From Candidatus Poribacteria bacterium (GTDB lineage Bacteria > Poribacteria > WGA-4E > WGA-3G), in assembly GCA_965205065.1 (NCBI GenBank), contig CBDBFT010000001.1, positions 5,681,821 through 5,745,820 of the forward strand: a stretch of 64,000 bases of DNA, written 5' to 3'. Position numbers and translations under genes: made by a program. The notes under the pieces were generated by a model that was not told the origin of the DNA, ran no database searches, and worked only from the letters and a program-made list of their open reading frames with translations. Below, piece by piece: positions 43,738-52,911 of the stretch (its first letter is position 1; each line of letters begins with the position of its first letter).

Positions 43738-45765
43738 ATGCAAGAAGATTCACAGCGGAAGGCAAGTTCTGGTTTCATGACCCGTCGTAGTTTCCTAAAT
43801 ACTGGTTTGAAAATTGGTGCTGCCACATTTACAACCGGTCTGTTACCACGTCTAAATGCACATAGTGAGAACAGATACAATGTTCTGTTCATGATTGTAG
43901 ATGATTTGCGTCCAATGCTTGGTTGCTACGGTATTGATGAAATGCACACCCCAAATATTGATAGGTTAGCAGAACGGGGAACGCTTTTCAATCGTGCTTA
44001 TTGTCAATATCCACTATGTAACCCGTCCCGTGCATCTATACTAACGGGATTACGTCCTGAGACGACGAAGGTGCACACCAATTCCGCTGACTATGAGCAT
44101 ACTGTTCCTGATGCTGTGGACATACCGCAGTACTTTATGGAACAAGGTTATAATACATATTCAATAGGTAAAATCAAGCACTATCCTGCCACCACCTCTT
44201 ATGCTGGAAAACCTTCATGGATAGCACTTGATGTGTCTGACGATGAACTGAATGATGGGATAACTGCAAAAAAATCTGAGGATCTCCTTGCTGAGATAAA
44301 GGATGAACTGTTCTTTTTAGCTGTCGGATTTGACAAACCGCATTTACCGCTTTACGCGCCGCGAAAGTACTTTGATTTATATGATGAAGATACTTTCAAT
44401 TTACCCATTACATCTACCTTTCCTCAGCATGCACCAGCTTATGCAGAAAACAGTATTGAATGGTTTAGAATATATCGGGACATACCATCTGGCGACGCGC
44501 CTATTTCTGATCAGAAGACCTTAGAACTCATTCGAGCTTACGCTGCTTCAACGAGTTACATGGATGCACAAGTTGGTCGAGTCCTAATGCAGTTAGATAA
44601 TCTGGAATTAACTGAAAAGACAGTTATTGTATTTTGTGGGGACCACGGTTTTCATCTTGGAGAACACGGAACTTGGCGGAAAAATACACTTTTCGAAATT
44701 GCTACGCGTTCGCCATTGATTATCAGTGTTCCGGGTCAGCAACCCTCACGAACTGATGCCTTAACAGAGCTTGTAGATATTTATCCTACTTTATGTGATG
44801 CATGTGACTTACCGATATCCAATCAGTTAGAAGGTTTGAGTCTCCTCCCTGTAATAGAAGAACCTAATAGGTCCTGGAAAACCGGGGCAATTAGTTTTCT
44901 GAGCCGTGGGGGTTCCAAATCCTATTCTCTTCGTACCGACAGGTACCGCTACACTGAATGGGGCCCGCGAGGGAAGTTTGGTAATGAACTATACGACTAT
45001 AACGTTGACCCGAACGAAACTATAAATGTTGCAGATTTTCCTGAATATTCAGAGCTTGTTGAACATCTAAAACAACGACTTCGTTCAGGTTGGAAAAACG
45101 AAATGCCGAATGGCGATAAAAATCCACCGATACCCAGGAGTATAATACCTTGGGATGTAAACAGTGATGGGATTGTTGATATACAAGACCTTATCCTCAC
45201 ATCAAATAGTTTTGGGATAGTGACTCCTGACAATGAGAGAGTAGATGTGAATAAAGATGGAAAAGTTAATATCATCGATTTATTAATTATAGCGGCGCAT
45301 TTAGGTAAATCTACCATCACCTCAGCACCACAAGTATCTTTATCCGTTTTACCCGAGCATGTTGACACTATTTCAGAATGGCTTATTGAGGCACGGAAAA
45401 TAGATGACGGTTCAGAAGTTTTTCGTAATGGGATAGCTAAGCTGGAAGCACTTTTTGATACTATAAATCCAGCAAAAACAGTACTTTTACAAAATTATCC
45501 CAATCCATTCAATCCAGAGACGTGGATACCTTACGATTTAGCGCAAGATGCAAAGGTGAACATTAAAATCTATAATCTGAAAGGTGAAACTATCAGAGAA
45601 CTTAATATAGGTTTTCAAAACGCAGGCAGCTACAGGAGCAAAGAATTGGCGGCATATTGGGATGGACGTAATTCTGCTGGTGAACTTGTCGCAAGCGGGG
45701 TCTATTTTTATAGTCTCAATACAGGTAGAGCAAGAGCAATCCGACAAATGACAGTTGTGAAATAA
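43738..45765 (+). CDS. Tat-signal iduronate-2-sulfatase-like sulfatase 3 with the same cassette
   Basis: FMTRRSFLNTGLKIGAATF. CNPSRASILTGLRPE. GDHGFHLGEH. DVNSDGIVDIQDL and DVNKDGKVNIIDL. LLQNYPNPFNPETWIPYDL...GVYFYSL...QMTVVK. Confidence 0.9.
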   Translation: MQEDSQRKASSGFMTRRSFLNTGLKIGAATFTTGLLPRLNAHSENRYNVLFMIVDDLRPMLGCYGIDEMHTPNIDRLAERGTLFNRAYCQYPLCNPSRASILTGLRPETTKVHTNSADYEHTVPDAVDIPQYFMEQGYNTYSIGKIKHYPATTSYAGKPSWIALDVSDDELNDGITAKKSEDLLAEIKDELFFLAVGFDKPHLPLYAPRKYFDLYDEDTFNLPITSTFPQHAPAYAENSIEWFRIYRDIPSGDAPISDQKTLELIRAYAASTSYMDAQVGRVLMQLDNLELTEKTVIVFCGDHGFHLGEHGTWRKNTLFEIATRSPLIISVPGQQPSRTDALTELVDIYPTLCDACDLPISNQLEGLSLLPVIEEPNRSWKTGAISFLSRGGSKSYSLRTDRYRYTEWGPRGKFGNELYDYNVDPNETINVADFPEYSELVEHLKQRLRSGWKNEMPNGDKNPPIPRSIIPWDVNSDGIVDIQDLILTSNSFGIVTPDNERVDVNKDGKVNIIDLLIIAAHLGKSTITSAPQVSLSVLPEHVDTISEWLIEARKIDDGSEVFRNGIAKLEALFDTINPAKTVLLQNYPNPFNPETWIPYDLAQDAKVNIKIYNLKGETIRELNIGFQNAGSYRSKELAAYWDGRNSAGELVASGVYFYSLNTGRARAIRQMTVVK

Positions 45766-45803
45766 AAGTGAGATGATTAACTATTTTTCAGAGGAAGAAA
45801 AAC

Positions 45804-47444
45804 ATGCAAAGTGAAAAAATCAACCGTATCGTTCTTGTATTCTGCATAATTGCACAATTCTGTTCTTTTTCGTCTGCCGAAGCAGCATCACTCATAAATG
45901 TTCCACTAAACCCAGATATATCAGACTTTAATACTGAAACCTACAGATTTATTCATCGTTTACTTAATAAACGTGTAGTGTCAGGTATATCGCGAGGGAC
46001 TCTACCGTATTCAAGAAAACAGGTTGCCTCTTTGCTGCTGGAAGTTTCACAAAAACTGGACAGAGGTGAAGTGGTGCTTAGTAGCAATGACCAAAAACGA
46101 TTAAAAGCACTGATGTCATTTTATGCTGAAGCGGGTACTGAGGTGCCTCCAAATCGTAGGTTACATCTGATGACACTCACAGATGAATCTACTTACCGTT
46201 TCTCATTTGATTTGCGTGCTGAACAGCGAATAATCACAAGATTAGTTGATAATGTCTCTGGATTGCCACCTGTTGAAGGAAACATGCATATCACGACACT
46301 TTACCCTCAATTATATGGACAGGTTGATGAGAGTTTCGCTTTTACAACAGACATGGCATACAGATTCCTATATGGTGATATTTTTGACGATCTCTTTAAA
46401 GATGAGTCAAAATATAGACAGTTGGAGGGACAACTCAAAAACAGAACGGCTGTGAATAGTTATCTCAAGTTTAAACTGCCATGGTTTGAAATGCAACTTG
46501 GACAAGATAATGTACAATGGGGTCCTGGCTATCACGGTAATCTAATGCTCTCTGCTTATCCAAATGCGATGGATATGCTGAAATTACAGACAACATACAA
46601 CAATGTTACATATACAGCATTTACCGGTATTTTGGAAGACTTATCGGTGGATATCAACAAGAAATATATTTCTGGACACAGAATTGAAGGTTATTTCTGG
46701 AATAGATTCGGTATCGGTTTATCTGAGGTTGTCGTCTTTGGGAATAGATTCGAACCGAGTTATCTGAATCCTGTTAGTATTTACCTCATCAGCGAACAAA
46801 CAATTGCCCGTGGTGATAGTCGTGTGCAGGGAAGTGGAGACAACATTTTGGCAAGTGTTGACCTACGCTTACGTCCATTCAATAATTTTGAGATATATGG
46901 TGAATTGATGGTAGACGATGGAAATCCTGCTGCAAGTTTTAAGCATTGGGATACAAAATTTGGAGTACTTGGCGGTATCTATCTTACGGATCCACTTGGC
47001 TTACAGGATACCGATGTGAATGTAGAATACGCCTTTGTTAACCAATATGCATATACGCATGTTAATCCGAATAATGTCTACAGACACTTCACTTCGGTCA
47101 TTGGACATCACATCGGTTCTGATGCAGACAGTCTTTGGATAGTATTTCGTAAACGTTTTACGGATAAACTTGAAACTGTTTTCGGATATGAACTTGAAAG
47201 GCATGGGGAAGGAGATGTAGCGTTAAGCCATCCCCCCGATGCACCTGCTGATGATGTATGGATACCTCTTTCTGGAATTACTGAGAGTGAACACCGTTTA
47301 AGGTTGGGGTTTAACTGGGTCGATATTGGTCGGTATTCAATCTATGGAGAATGGTCACGCATCTGGCGAAGAAATGTTGATAATATAGCGGATATGAATG
47401 AATCGGGGAATGAAATAGAAGCAAAAGCACTTTATCGTTTTTAG
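45804..47444 (+). CDS. Outer-membrane beta-barrel protein, possibly capsule-assembly Wzi-like
   Basis: Signal peptide IVLVFCIIAQFCSFSSAEA. N-terminal helical segment with TLPYSRKQVASLL, resembling the Wzi N-terminal motif. Alternating beta-strand-like sequence. C-terminal aromatic residue (ALYRF), typical of OMPs. Confidence 0.45.
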   Translation: MQSEKINRIVLVFCIIAQFCSFSSAEAASLINVPLNPDISDFNTETYRFIHRLLNKRVVSGISRGTLPYSRKQVASLLLEVSQKLDRGEVVLSSNDQKRLKALMSFYAEAGTEVPPNRRLHLMTLTDESTYRFSFDLRAEQRIITRLVDNVSGLPPVEGNMHITTLYPQLYGQVDESFAFTTDMAYRFLYGDIFDDLFKDESKYRQLEGQLKNRTAVNSYLKFKLPWFEMQLGQDNVQWGPGYHGNLMLSAYPNAMDMLKLQTTYNNVTYTAFTGILEDLSVDINKKYISGHRIEGYFWNRFGIGLSEVVVFGNRFEPSYLNPVSIYLISEQTIARGDSRVQGSGDNILASVDLRLRPFNNFEIYGELMVDDGNPAASFKHWDTKFGVLGGIYLTDPLGLQDTDVNVEYAFVNQYAYTHVNPNNVYRHFTSVIGHHIGSDADSLWIVFRKRFTDKLETVFGYELERHGEGDVALSHPPDAPADDVWIPLSGITESEHRLRLGFNWVDIGRYSIYGEWSRIWRRNVDNIADMNESGNEIEAKALYRF

Positions 47445-47583
47445 GCGATTGTCAGTAAACGTTGGTTTAAATGAATATTTCGTTCTTATTAGGTATCTAA
47501 TGAGTGTTTTTAGATAGATTGCTAATCGGAATAGAAGTACTAAAATTGATCTTGTAGGTTTATCATAGGTTGAAGGATTTTAC

Positions 47584-48702
47584 ATGAAGATTAGAGTGTT
47601 AGGAATCAGAGGACTTCCTGCTACTTATAGCGGTTCTGAGACAGTGATGGGTGAACTTGCACCACGTTGGGTTGAAGCTGGACATGAAGTGATTGTCTAC
47701 TGTAGAAAGGGGTTTTTCAAAGAAAGACCTTCAGAATGGAAGGGCATAAAACTCATCTACCTACCGAGTATTGAACATAAGATTTTTAGCACGCTTAGCC
47801 ATAGTTTCTTTGCGTCTATTCATGCATCTTTTTCTCCATCCGATATAGTTTTTGTTTGGAATGCTGGTAACGGTCCGTTCGGTTGGTTCTTCAGGATTTT
47901 TGGAAAGAAGGCAGTCATCAATGTTGATGGTATGGAGTGGTTAAGACCGAAATGGAAGGGTATAGGTGGGGTCTATTTCAAATGGGCAGCAAAGATGGCA
48001 ACTTCAGCCTTTCATAAGGTAATTACCGATGCTGAAGAGATGAAACGACTCTACCTTGAAGATTTAGGCGCAGAAACAACCTATATCGCCTACGGTGCGA
48101 ATATTGAACCTTCTGAACACCCTGAAGTTCTTGAGGAATACGGTCTACAGTCCAGAGATTATTATCTGATTGCCAGTCGTCTTGTCCCTGACAATAATGC
48201 AGACCTGATTATGGAAGCTTTTGTAACTTCTAATAGTGAGAAGAAACTTGCAATTGCTGGTGGTGCAGACTATAGAGGGAACAAAATGGAGAATGCGTTC
48301 TTGGATCAATTGAAAAGTATGGCGAATGAAAATGTGCTTTTTCTTGGTCATATTGACAATTCTGAGCATATTAAGGAACTACATCATCACTGTTTTGCTT
48401 ATATTCATGGACATCAGTTTGGTGGAATCAACCCATCTATTCTGAAAGCTTTAGGATTTTCTAACTGCATCCTGGCACTCAACACACCCTTCAACCACGA
48501 AGTATTGGAAGGGGGAAAATACGGTGTGCTTTTTGACAAAAATGCTGAATCCCTCAAAACTCAGATTGAATCTTTAGAACAGAATTTGGAAAAAGTTGAA
48601 GATTTTCGTCAACGTGCAACGGAACAGATACATAAACGTTTTAATTGGGACCACATTGCTGAACAGTACATAGATGTATTCACTGATTTACAGAAAAAAT
48701 GA
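47584..48702 (+). CDS. Glycosyltransferase (GT4-like with DUF1972-type N-terminus)
   Basis: MKIRVLGIRGLPATYSGSETVMGELAPRW is the DUF1972-type N-terminus, as I recall from rhamnosyl/glucosyl transferases of capsule loci. C-terminal GT-B half with HGHQFGGINPSILKALG. Confidence 0.7.
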   Translation: MKIRVLGIRGLPATYSGSETVMGELAPRWVEAGHEVIVYCRKGFFKERPSEWKGIKLIYLPSIEHKIFSTLSHSFFASIHASFSPSDIVFVWNAGNGPFGWFFRIFGKKAVINVDGMEWLRPKWKGIGGVYFKWAAKMATSAFHKVITDAEEMKRLYLEDLGAETTYIAYGANIEPSEHPEVLEEYGLQSRDYYLIASRLVPDNNADLIMEAFVTSNSEKKLAIAGGADYRGNKMENAFLDQLKSMANENVLFLGHIDNSEHIKELHHHCFAYIHGHQFGGINPSILKALGFSNCILALNTPFNHEVLEGGKYGVLFDKNAESLKTQIESLEQNLEKVEDFRQRATEQIHKRFNWDHIAEQYIDVFTDLQKK

Positions 48703-48743
48703 TGTCCTTTACAGATTCGAAAACAAATTAGGAAGCAAGCAAT

Positions 48744-49397
48744 ATGCCTGCTAAATATTACATTACAAAACCTGATCTCTCATATATGAACGACACAGCA
48801 GGACAGAATTCAGTTGATAGGCTTAACTCCTTTTATGCAAAGAGAGGAAAATATCTATTGGATTTTGTTGCGTCACTGTTCTTAATTCTGATATTCTCAC
48901 CTTTGATGCTAATTATAGCCGTATTGATAAAACTCTCTTCGCGCGGACCTGTGTTCTTCTCTCACGAACGAGTCGGTATAAATAATAGACGTTTTGTCAT
49001 ACATAAGTTCAGAAGTCTCCATATTGATACGCCATCTTATTCAGAGAAACCCGATTCAACTGATGATGTACGTATTACATCCGTAGGAAAGTGGATTCGG
49101 AAAACGAGCTTAGATGAATTACCGCAGCTATTTAATGTAATTAAAGGTGAAATGAGCCTTGTCGGACCTCGACCAGAAATGCCATTTCTTGCTGATCAAT
49201 ATGAGGAATGGGAGAACGAACGGCATCTTGTTAGACCTGGAATGACAGGCTTGTGGCAGCTGAGTCCACGTAGACGTGGGACGATTCGTGAAGGTATTCC
49301 TGTTGATTTAGAGTATATTGATAAGCTATCTTTATGGAATGACTTCAAGATTCTACTACGAACCTTCAAAGTCTTTTGGGATGATAACACATATTAG
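48744..49397 (+). CDS. Undecaprenyl-phosphate sugar-phosphate transferase (Bac_transf; WbaP/PglC-like initiating enzyme)
   Basis: One N-terminal TM segment. [24 protein letters not shown] and RPGMTGLWQ motifs. Confidence 0.9.
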   Translation: MPAKYYITKPDLSYMNDTAGQNSVDRLNSFYAKRGKYLLDFVASLFLILIFSPLMLIIAVLIKLSSRGPVFFSHERVGINNRRFVIHKFRSLHIDTPSYSEKPDSTDDVRITSVGKWIRKTSLDELPQLFNVIKGEMSLVGPRPEMPFLADQYEEWENERHLVRPGMTGLWQLSPRRRGTIREGIPVDLEYIDKLSLWNDFKILLRTFKVFWDDNTY

Positions 49398-49404
49398 TTT
49401 TCAT

Positions 49405-50175
49405 CTATCTTGTAAATATCTGTCCACGCATATAAGAACCTTCATCAGATGCGAGAAAAGTAAGGACTCGTGCTACACCTGCAGGATCACCGAGTGATTT
49501 TAATGCATTAGCAACAGCGGCATCAGGATCACTTCCTGAGAGTCTTGCTGATTCGGCAATCTGACCTAATTTCAATGGTGTTGCGAGACCCCCTGGACAG
49601 ATCGTGTGCATCCGGATATTATGGGAGCTGACCTGATTCTCTACTGTCATCACTAAACCGTTTACACCCCCTTTACTTGAGGCGTAAGCGACAGATGAAC
49701 TTCCACCACGCACACCTGCCCCTGAGGCGATACAGAGAATGACGCCTCCGTCACTCCTTGACATTATTGGCACAGCATGTTTTATTGCAAAGAAAGTTCC
49801 CTTTAGATTGACATCAATAACAGTATCAAAGATTGACTCTTCAAAGTCTTCTATTTGTACGTTGGGTCCCCGCAAGACGCCAGCACAAGTGACCAAAATG
49901 TTTATCTGTCCATAAGTGGCATCAGCGGTCTGCATGAGTTTCTTTACGTCACTCTCTGAAGTAACATCGGTTGAGCAATATATTGCTGTGCCGTTATCAT
50001 TTTCAATAACGTTTAGTGTCTCATGTCCATCCTGTTCATTTATATCTGCAAGAACAACCTTTGCCCCTGCTTTTGAGTATGTAATTGCGGTTGCTGCACC
50101 GATTCCGGTCGATGCTCCTGTGATAACCGCTACTTTGTCAGTTAATCGTATATCCATTTTATCTCTCCAATTCAT
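49405..50175 (-). CDS. Short-chain dehydrogenase/reductase (SDR)
   Basis: VITGASTGIGAA (TGxxxGxG), NILVTCAG, and YASSKGG (YxxxK). Confidence 0.9.
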   Translation of the reverse strand: MNWRDKMDIRLTDKVAVITGASTGIGAATAITYSKAGAKVVLADINEQDGHETLNVIENDNGTAIYCSTDVTSESDVKKLMQTADATYGQINILVTCAGVLRGPNVQIEDFEESIFDTVIDVNLKGTFFAIKHAVPIMSRSDGGVILCIASGAGVRGGSSSVAYASSKGGVNGLVMTVENQVSSHNIRMHTICPGGLATPLKLGQIAESARLSGSDPDAAVANALKSLGDPAGVARVLTFLASDEGSYMRGQIFTR

Positions 50176-50945
50176 TGCATGAGTTGAATGAATGACAGCA
50201 TCCTTCCTGTCTGTCCCCCTTCAGCACGATAAGAATAGAACAGATCCGTATTGCAAGAAGTGCAGTATGGTGACGTAGAAATCGACTCTAGTCGTACGCC
50301 TATATCACATAACTGCTTGATGTTTGCGGTTTGTAAACAGAGTCGATTCTCAGTCTTTACATCGCTGCCAAAATGATCAGTGAACTGTTTGAGTAATTCT
50401 GAGCTGACAGTATAGCAGCATTTCTGTATTGATGGACCCAAATGGATTCTACAATTCCTGATATGAGAACCGAAAGCAGTATTCATTGCCGTGAGGGTCT
50501 TTGCTGCAATTAGGGCAAGTGTTCCGCGCCAGCCTGCATGGGTTATACCGATTGCCGGTGTTTCTGTATCAACAATGAAAATTGGCACACAGTCTGCTGT
50601 AAAGATACCTAATGTCTCACCATGACGATTTGAAATCAGCGCATCTCCGGTTATTGCCTTAACGTTGTGATTCTCTGTATTCCACGTTGAGAATGGGACT
50701 CTATCAGCATTGCAGATGACATCACTATGAACTTGCTGACAGTATTTAAGCTGCTTGACCGCAGTTTGAGAGGAGAAACGTCTCTGATTTTGAGAAACGA
50801 CAGTAGGGTCGTCTCCTACATGGAAGGCTAAATTAAGGGAAGCATAAGGTGTCTTACTGTATCCACCGTTACGCAGACTGATTCCTGCGTGTACGATAGA
50901 TGTATCCGATAATTCTTGAATGGGGTGATATAATTTAGCAGTCAC
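50172..50945 (-). CDS. pgeF: YfiH/PgeF family (Cu-oxidase_4, laccase-domain) protein
   Basis: 257 aa. QVHSD, FTADCVPIF and GITHAGWRGT motifs. 4-nt overlap with the SDR gene. Confidence 0.85.
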   Translation of the reverse strand: MTAKLYHPIQELSDTSIVHAGISLRNGGYSKTPYASLNLAFHVGDDPTVVSQNQRRFSSQTAVKQLKYCQQVHSDVICNADRVPFSTWNTENHNVKAITGDALISNRHGETLGIFTADCVPIFIVDTETPAIGITHAGWRGTLALIAAKTLTAMNTAFGSHIRNCRIHLGPSIQKCCYTVSSELLKQFTDHFGSDVKTENRLCLQTANIKQLCDIGVRLESISTSPYCTSCNTDLFYSYRAEGGQTGRMLSFIQLMQ

Positions 50946-51001
50946 GGGAAAATTGAAAGATCCCTGTCCGAACGAATCTCTATTGTTGACAAAAAGTTAT
51001 T

Positions 51002-51745
51002 CTACGGATAGGGTATATCAGAGGACTCCGGTTCAACGTACAGTAGGCGTTTGCAGTTGGAACAGTATACCAATTTTTCATATTTCTGTGCTTCTTTTAG
51101 GTTTTGGGGTTGTATTGTGAGTCGACAACTGCCGCAGGTGCCATTTCTTCCTAATGCGACAAAGGCTGACCTTCTTTTTTCCATCCATCGATGATACTGT
51201 GTTGAGAGGTCTTTTTCAATTTTCGGAAAATACTTTTTCCGTTGTTCTATTTTCTGCTCAATGTTTGCTTTTAGGTTCTTCTGTTCTTCACGATATTCTT
51301 TAGTCTTCTCTGCAGTTTTCTGGTTTTCGCTGTCAGCCTTAGATTCGAGCTCGGTCAATTCATCTTTATATTGGTCAACCTTTTCCATAAGTTCTAATAT
51401 TTCTTCTTCAGTCTCCCCATCCTGTTTATCAAGGAATTCTATCTGATTTTCAAGTGCGGCATATTCCTTATTGGTTGTTACGGTGCGTTGTTCATTCCTA
51501 TATTTTTCTTTCTGGACTTCATTCATTTCCAGTTTCGCGTTGAGTGATCGTAAGTTTTTTTCAATTTCACCGAGTTCCTCAGTTTTTGTTGTAATTTCAT
51601 CTTTGTATTTCGTAACGCCTGCTTCTAACTGTGCAATCTGTTTTGGAATTGTGTGTAGCTGCTTGTGAAAAGACAACAACTCTCGGTCATGTTCTTGTAA
51701 TTCATACAACCACGCGAGCTGCTGTCGTAAAGATTCGTTAGCCAT
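51002..51745 (-). CDS. Coiled-coil protein with C-terminal C4 zinc ribbon (COG1579/DUF164-like)
   Basis: Long heptad-rich region, then CGSCRLTI...CSNCKRLLY. Confidence 0.75.
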   Translation of the reverse strand: MANESLRQQLAWLYELQEHDRELLSFHKQLHTIPKQIAQLEAGVTKYKDEITTKTEELGEIEKNLRSLNAKLEMNEVQKEKYRNEQRTVTTNKEYAALENQIEFLDKQDGETEEEILELMEKVDQYKDELTELESKADSENQKTAEKTKEYREEQKNLKANIEQKIEQRKKYFPKIEKDLSTQYHRWMEKRRSAFVALGRNGTCGSCRLTIQPQNLKEAQKYEKLVYCSNCKRLLYVEPESSDIPYP

Positions 51746-51750
51746 TGATC

Positions 51751-52566
51751 CTATGCCTCCTTTTCAACGAGGAATGCGAAAAAGATACCTAATTGATATA
51801 GAATGAAAAGTGGAATTGCCATGAGAAGCATTGATTGGGGATCGGCAGGTGTCAAGAACGCAGAGAGAACTGCAATACCTAATAGCGCATGCCGCTGTTT
51901 CCCTCGGAAACCGCGCCAGTCAATAATACCGATTCGTGCCAGAAATGCCATTACAATCGGTAACTCAAATGCCACACCGAACCCTAAAACCAACATTGTT
52001 ACAACACCAATATATGTTTTAAAGTTCCAGAGGCTTCTCATTTCTGGAAATAGATCTGCCGAGAAATGCAACACGACTGGAACTACAATCAGATGTGCGA
52101 AAACCGCACCGAGAAGAAAGAAAAAAACAACTGTAAAGAAAAGGGGTAACGCTAATCTTCGTTCAGACCTCTTTAATGCAGGAAAAATAAACATCCATAC
52201 CTGATATAATAGGACTGGGATTGATATCAGTACACCACTTGTAATACCCATTGTTAGCCATGCCATGATGTTATCAAGTGGACCTGTAAAAATAAGTTCT
52301 GCATCTACATTGGAACTGCCGGCTTTAAACGTAAGAGCGAAAAAACCGAGAATTGAACCATCTTCACCAGCAGCCGTTTCAATCACATTTGCGATCGTAT
52401 TGGTGATTGGACTGTTCAGTGGTAACTCAAGAACATATCTGATGGGACCAGTAAACCAGAGCCCAATAAATGTAAAAACACCTAAGGAAATGAGGCATAT
52501 TATGATGCGTCTTCGGAGTTCTTCAAGATGCTCCCAAAAGGTCATTGCAACATCGTTCGATTCCAT
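51751..52566 (-). CDS. tatC: Twin-arginine translocase subunit TatC
   Basis: MTFWEHLEELRRRII N-terminus, six hydrophobic helices, and a position directly downstream of tatA. Confidence 0.9.
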   Translation of the reverse strand: MESNDVAMTFWEHLEELRRRIIICLISLGVFTFIGLWFTGPIRYVLELPLNSPITNTIANVIETAAGEDGSILGFFALTFKAGSSNVDAELIFTGPLDNIMAWLTMGITSGVLISIPVLLYQVWMFIFPALKRSERRLALPLFFTVVFFFLLGAVFAHLIVVPVVLHFSADLFPEMRSLWNFKTYIGVVTMLVLGFGVAFELPIVMAFLARIGIIDWRGFRGKQRHALLGIAVLSAFLTPADPQSMLLMAIPLFILYQLGIFFAFLVEKEA

Positions 52567-52586
52567 CTTACTTTGTACTCACGGCG

Positions 52587-52817
52587 TTATGTAGATTTTG
52601 GGGGTTTAATGTTTTTATCCGGGGGTTTAATGTTTTTATCCGGGTCGATATCAATGTCATCAGTGACTTTTGTTATCTCATCCTGAATTTCGTTACCGAC
52701 ACTTTTAAATTCACGAATCGCTTTGCCTAATGATTTTCCCATTTCCGGTAGTCTTTTTGGTCCAAAAACTACCAGGGCAAGCACGAGGATTCCAATTATC
52801 TCCATAGGACCTAACAT
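52587..52817 (-). CDS. tatA: Twin-arginine translocase subunit TatA/E
   Basis: MLGPMEIIGILVLALVVFGPKRLPEMGKSLGKAIREFK. The ATG at 52817 is preceded by AAGGAGG. The track ORF extends to 52874, probably spuriously. The C-terminus contains the duplicated DKNIKPP. Confidence 0.9.
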   Translation of the reverse strand: MLGPMEIIGILVLALVVFGPKRLPEMGKSLGKAIREFKSVGNEIQDEITKVTDDIDIDPDKNIKPPDKNIKPPKST

Positions 52818-52911
52818 CTGCTTATTCCTCCTTAATAAGAAATATGCGTATTCCCTGCATAAGAAGTATATCATAGATATATGTGTATTGACAACACAAT
52901 TTTTGATATTT

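Noticed and set aside
19984-49397. Looked for a cohesin-type scaffold protein or T9SS components (PorK/L/M/N, Sov, PorU/V) within the co-directional array
   Set aside because: Every ORF in the array can be assigned to another role, and none shows cohesin-like or T9SS-like features that I can recognise. Absence from this window says nothing about the rest of the genome.
51803-52594. ORFs of 133 aa and 109 aa on the + strand opposite tatC
   Set aside because: They are antisense to a confidently identified TatC and have basic, low-complexity composition typical of reverse-strand artefacts.
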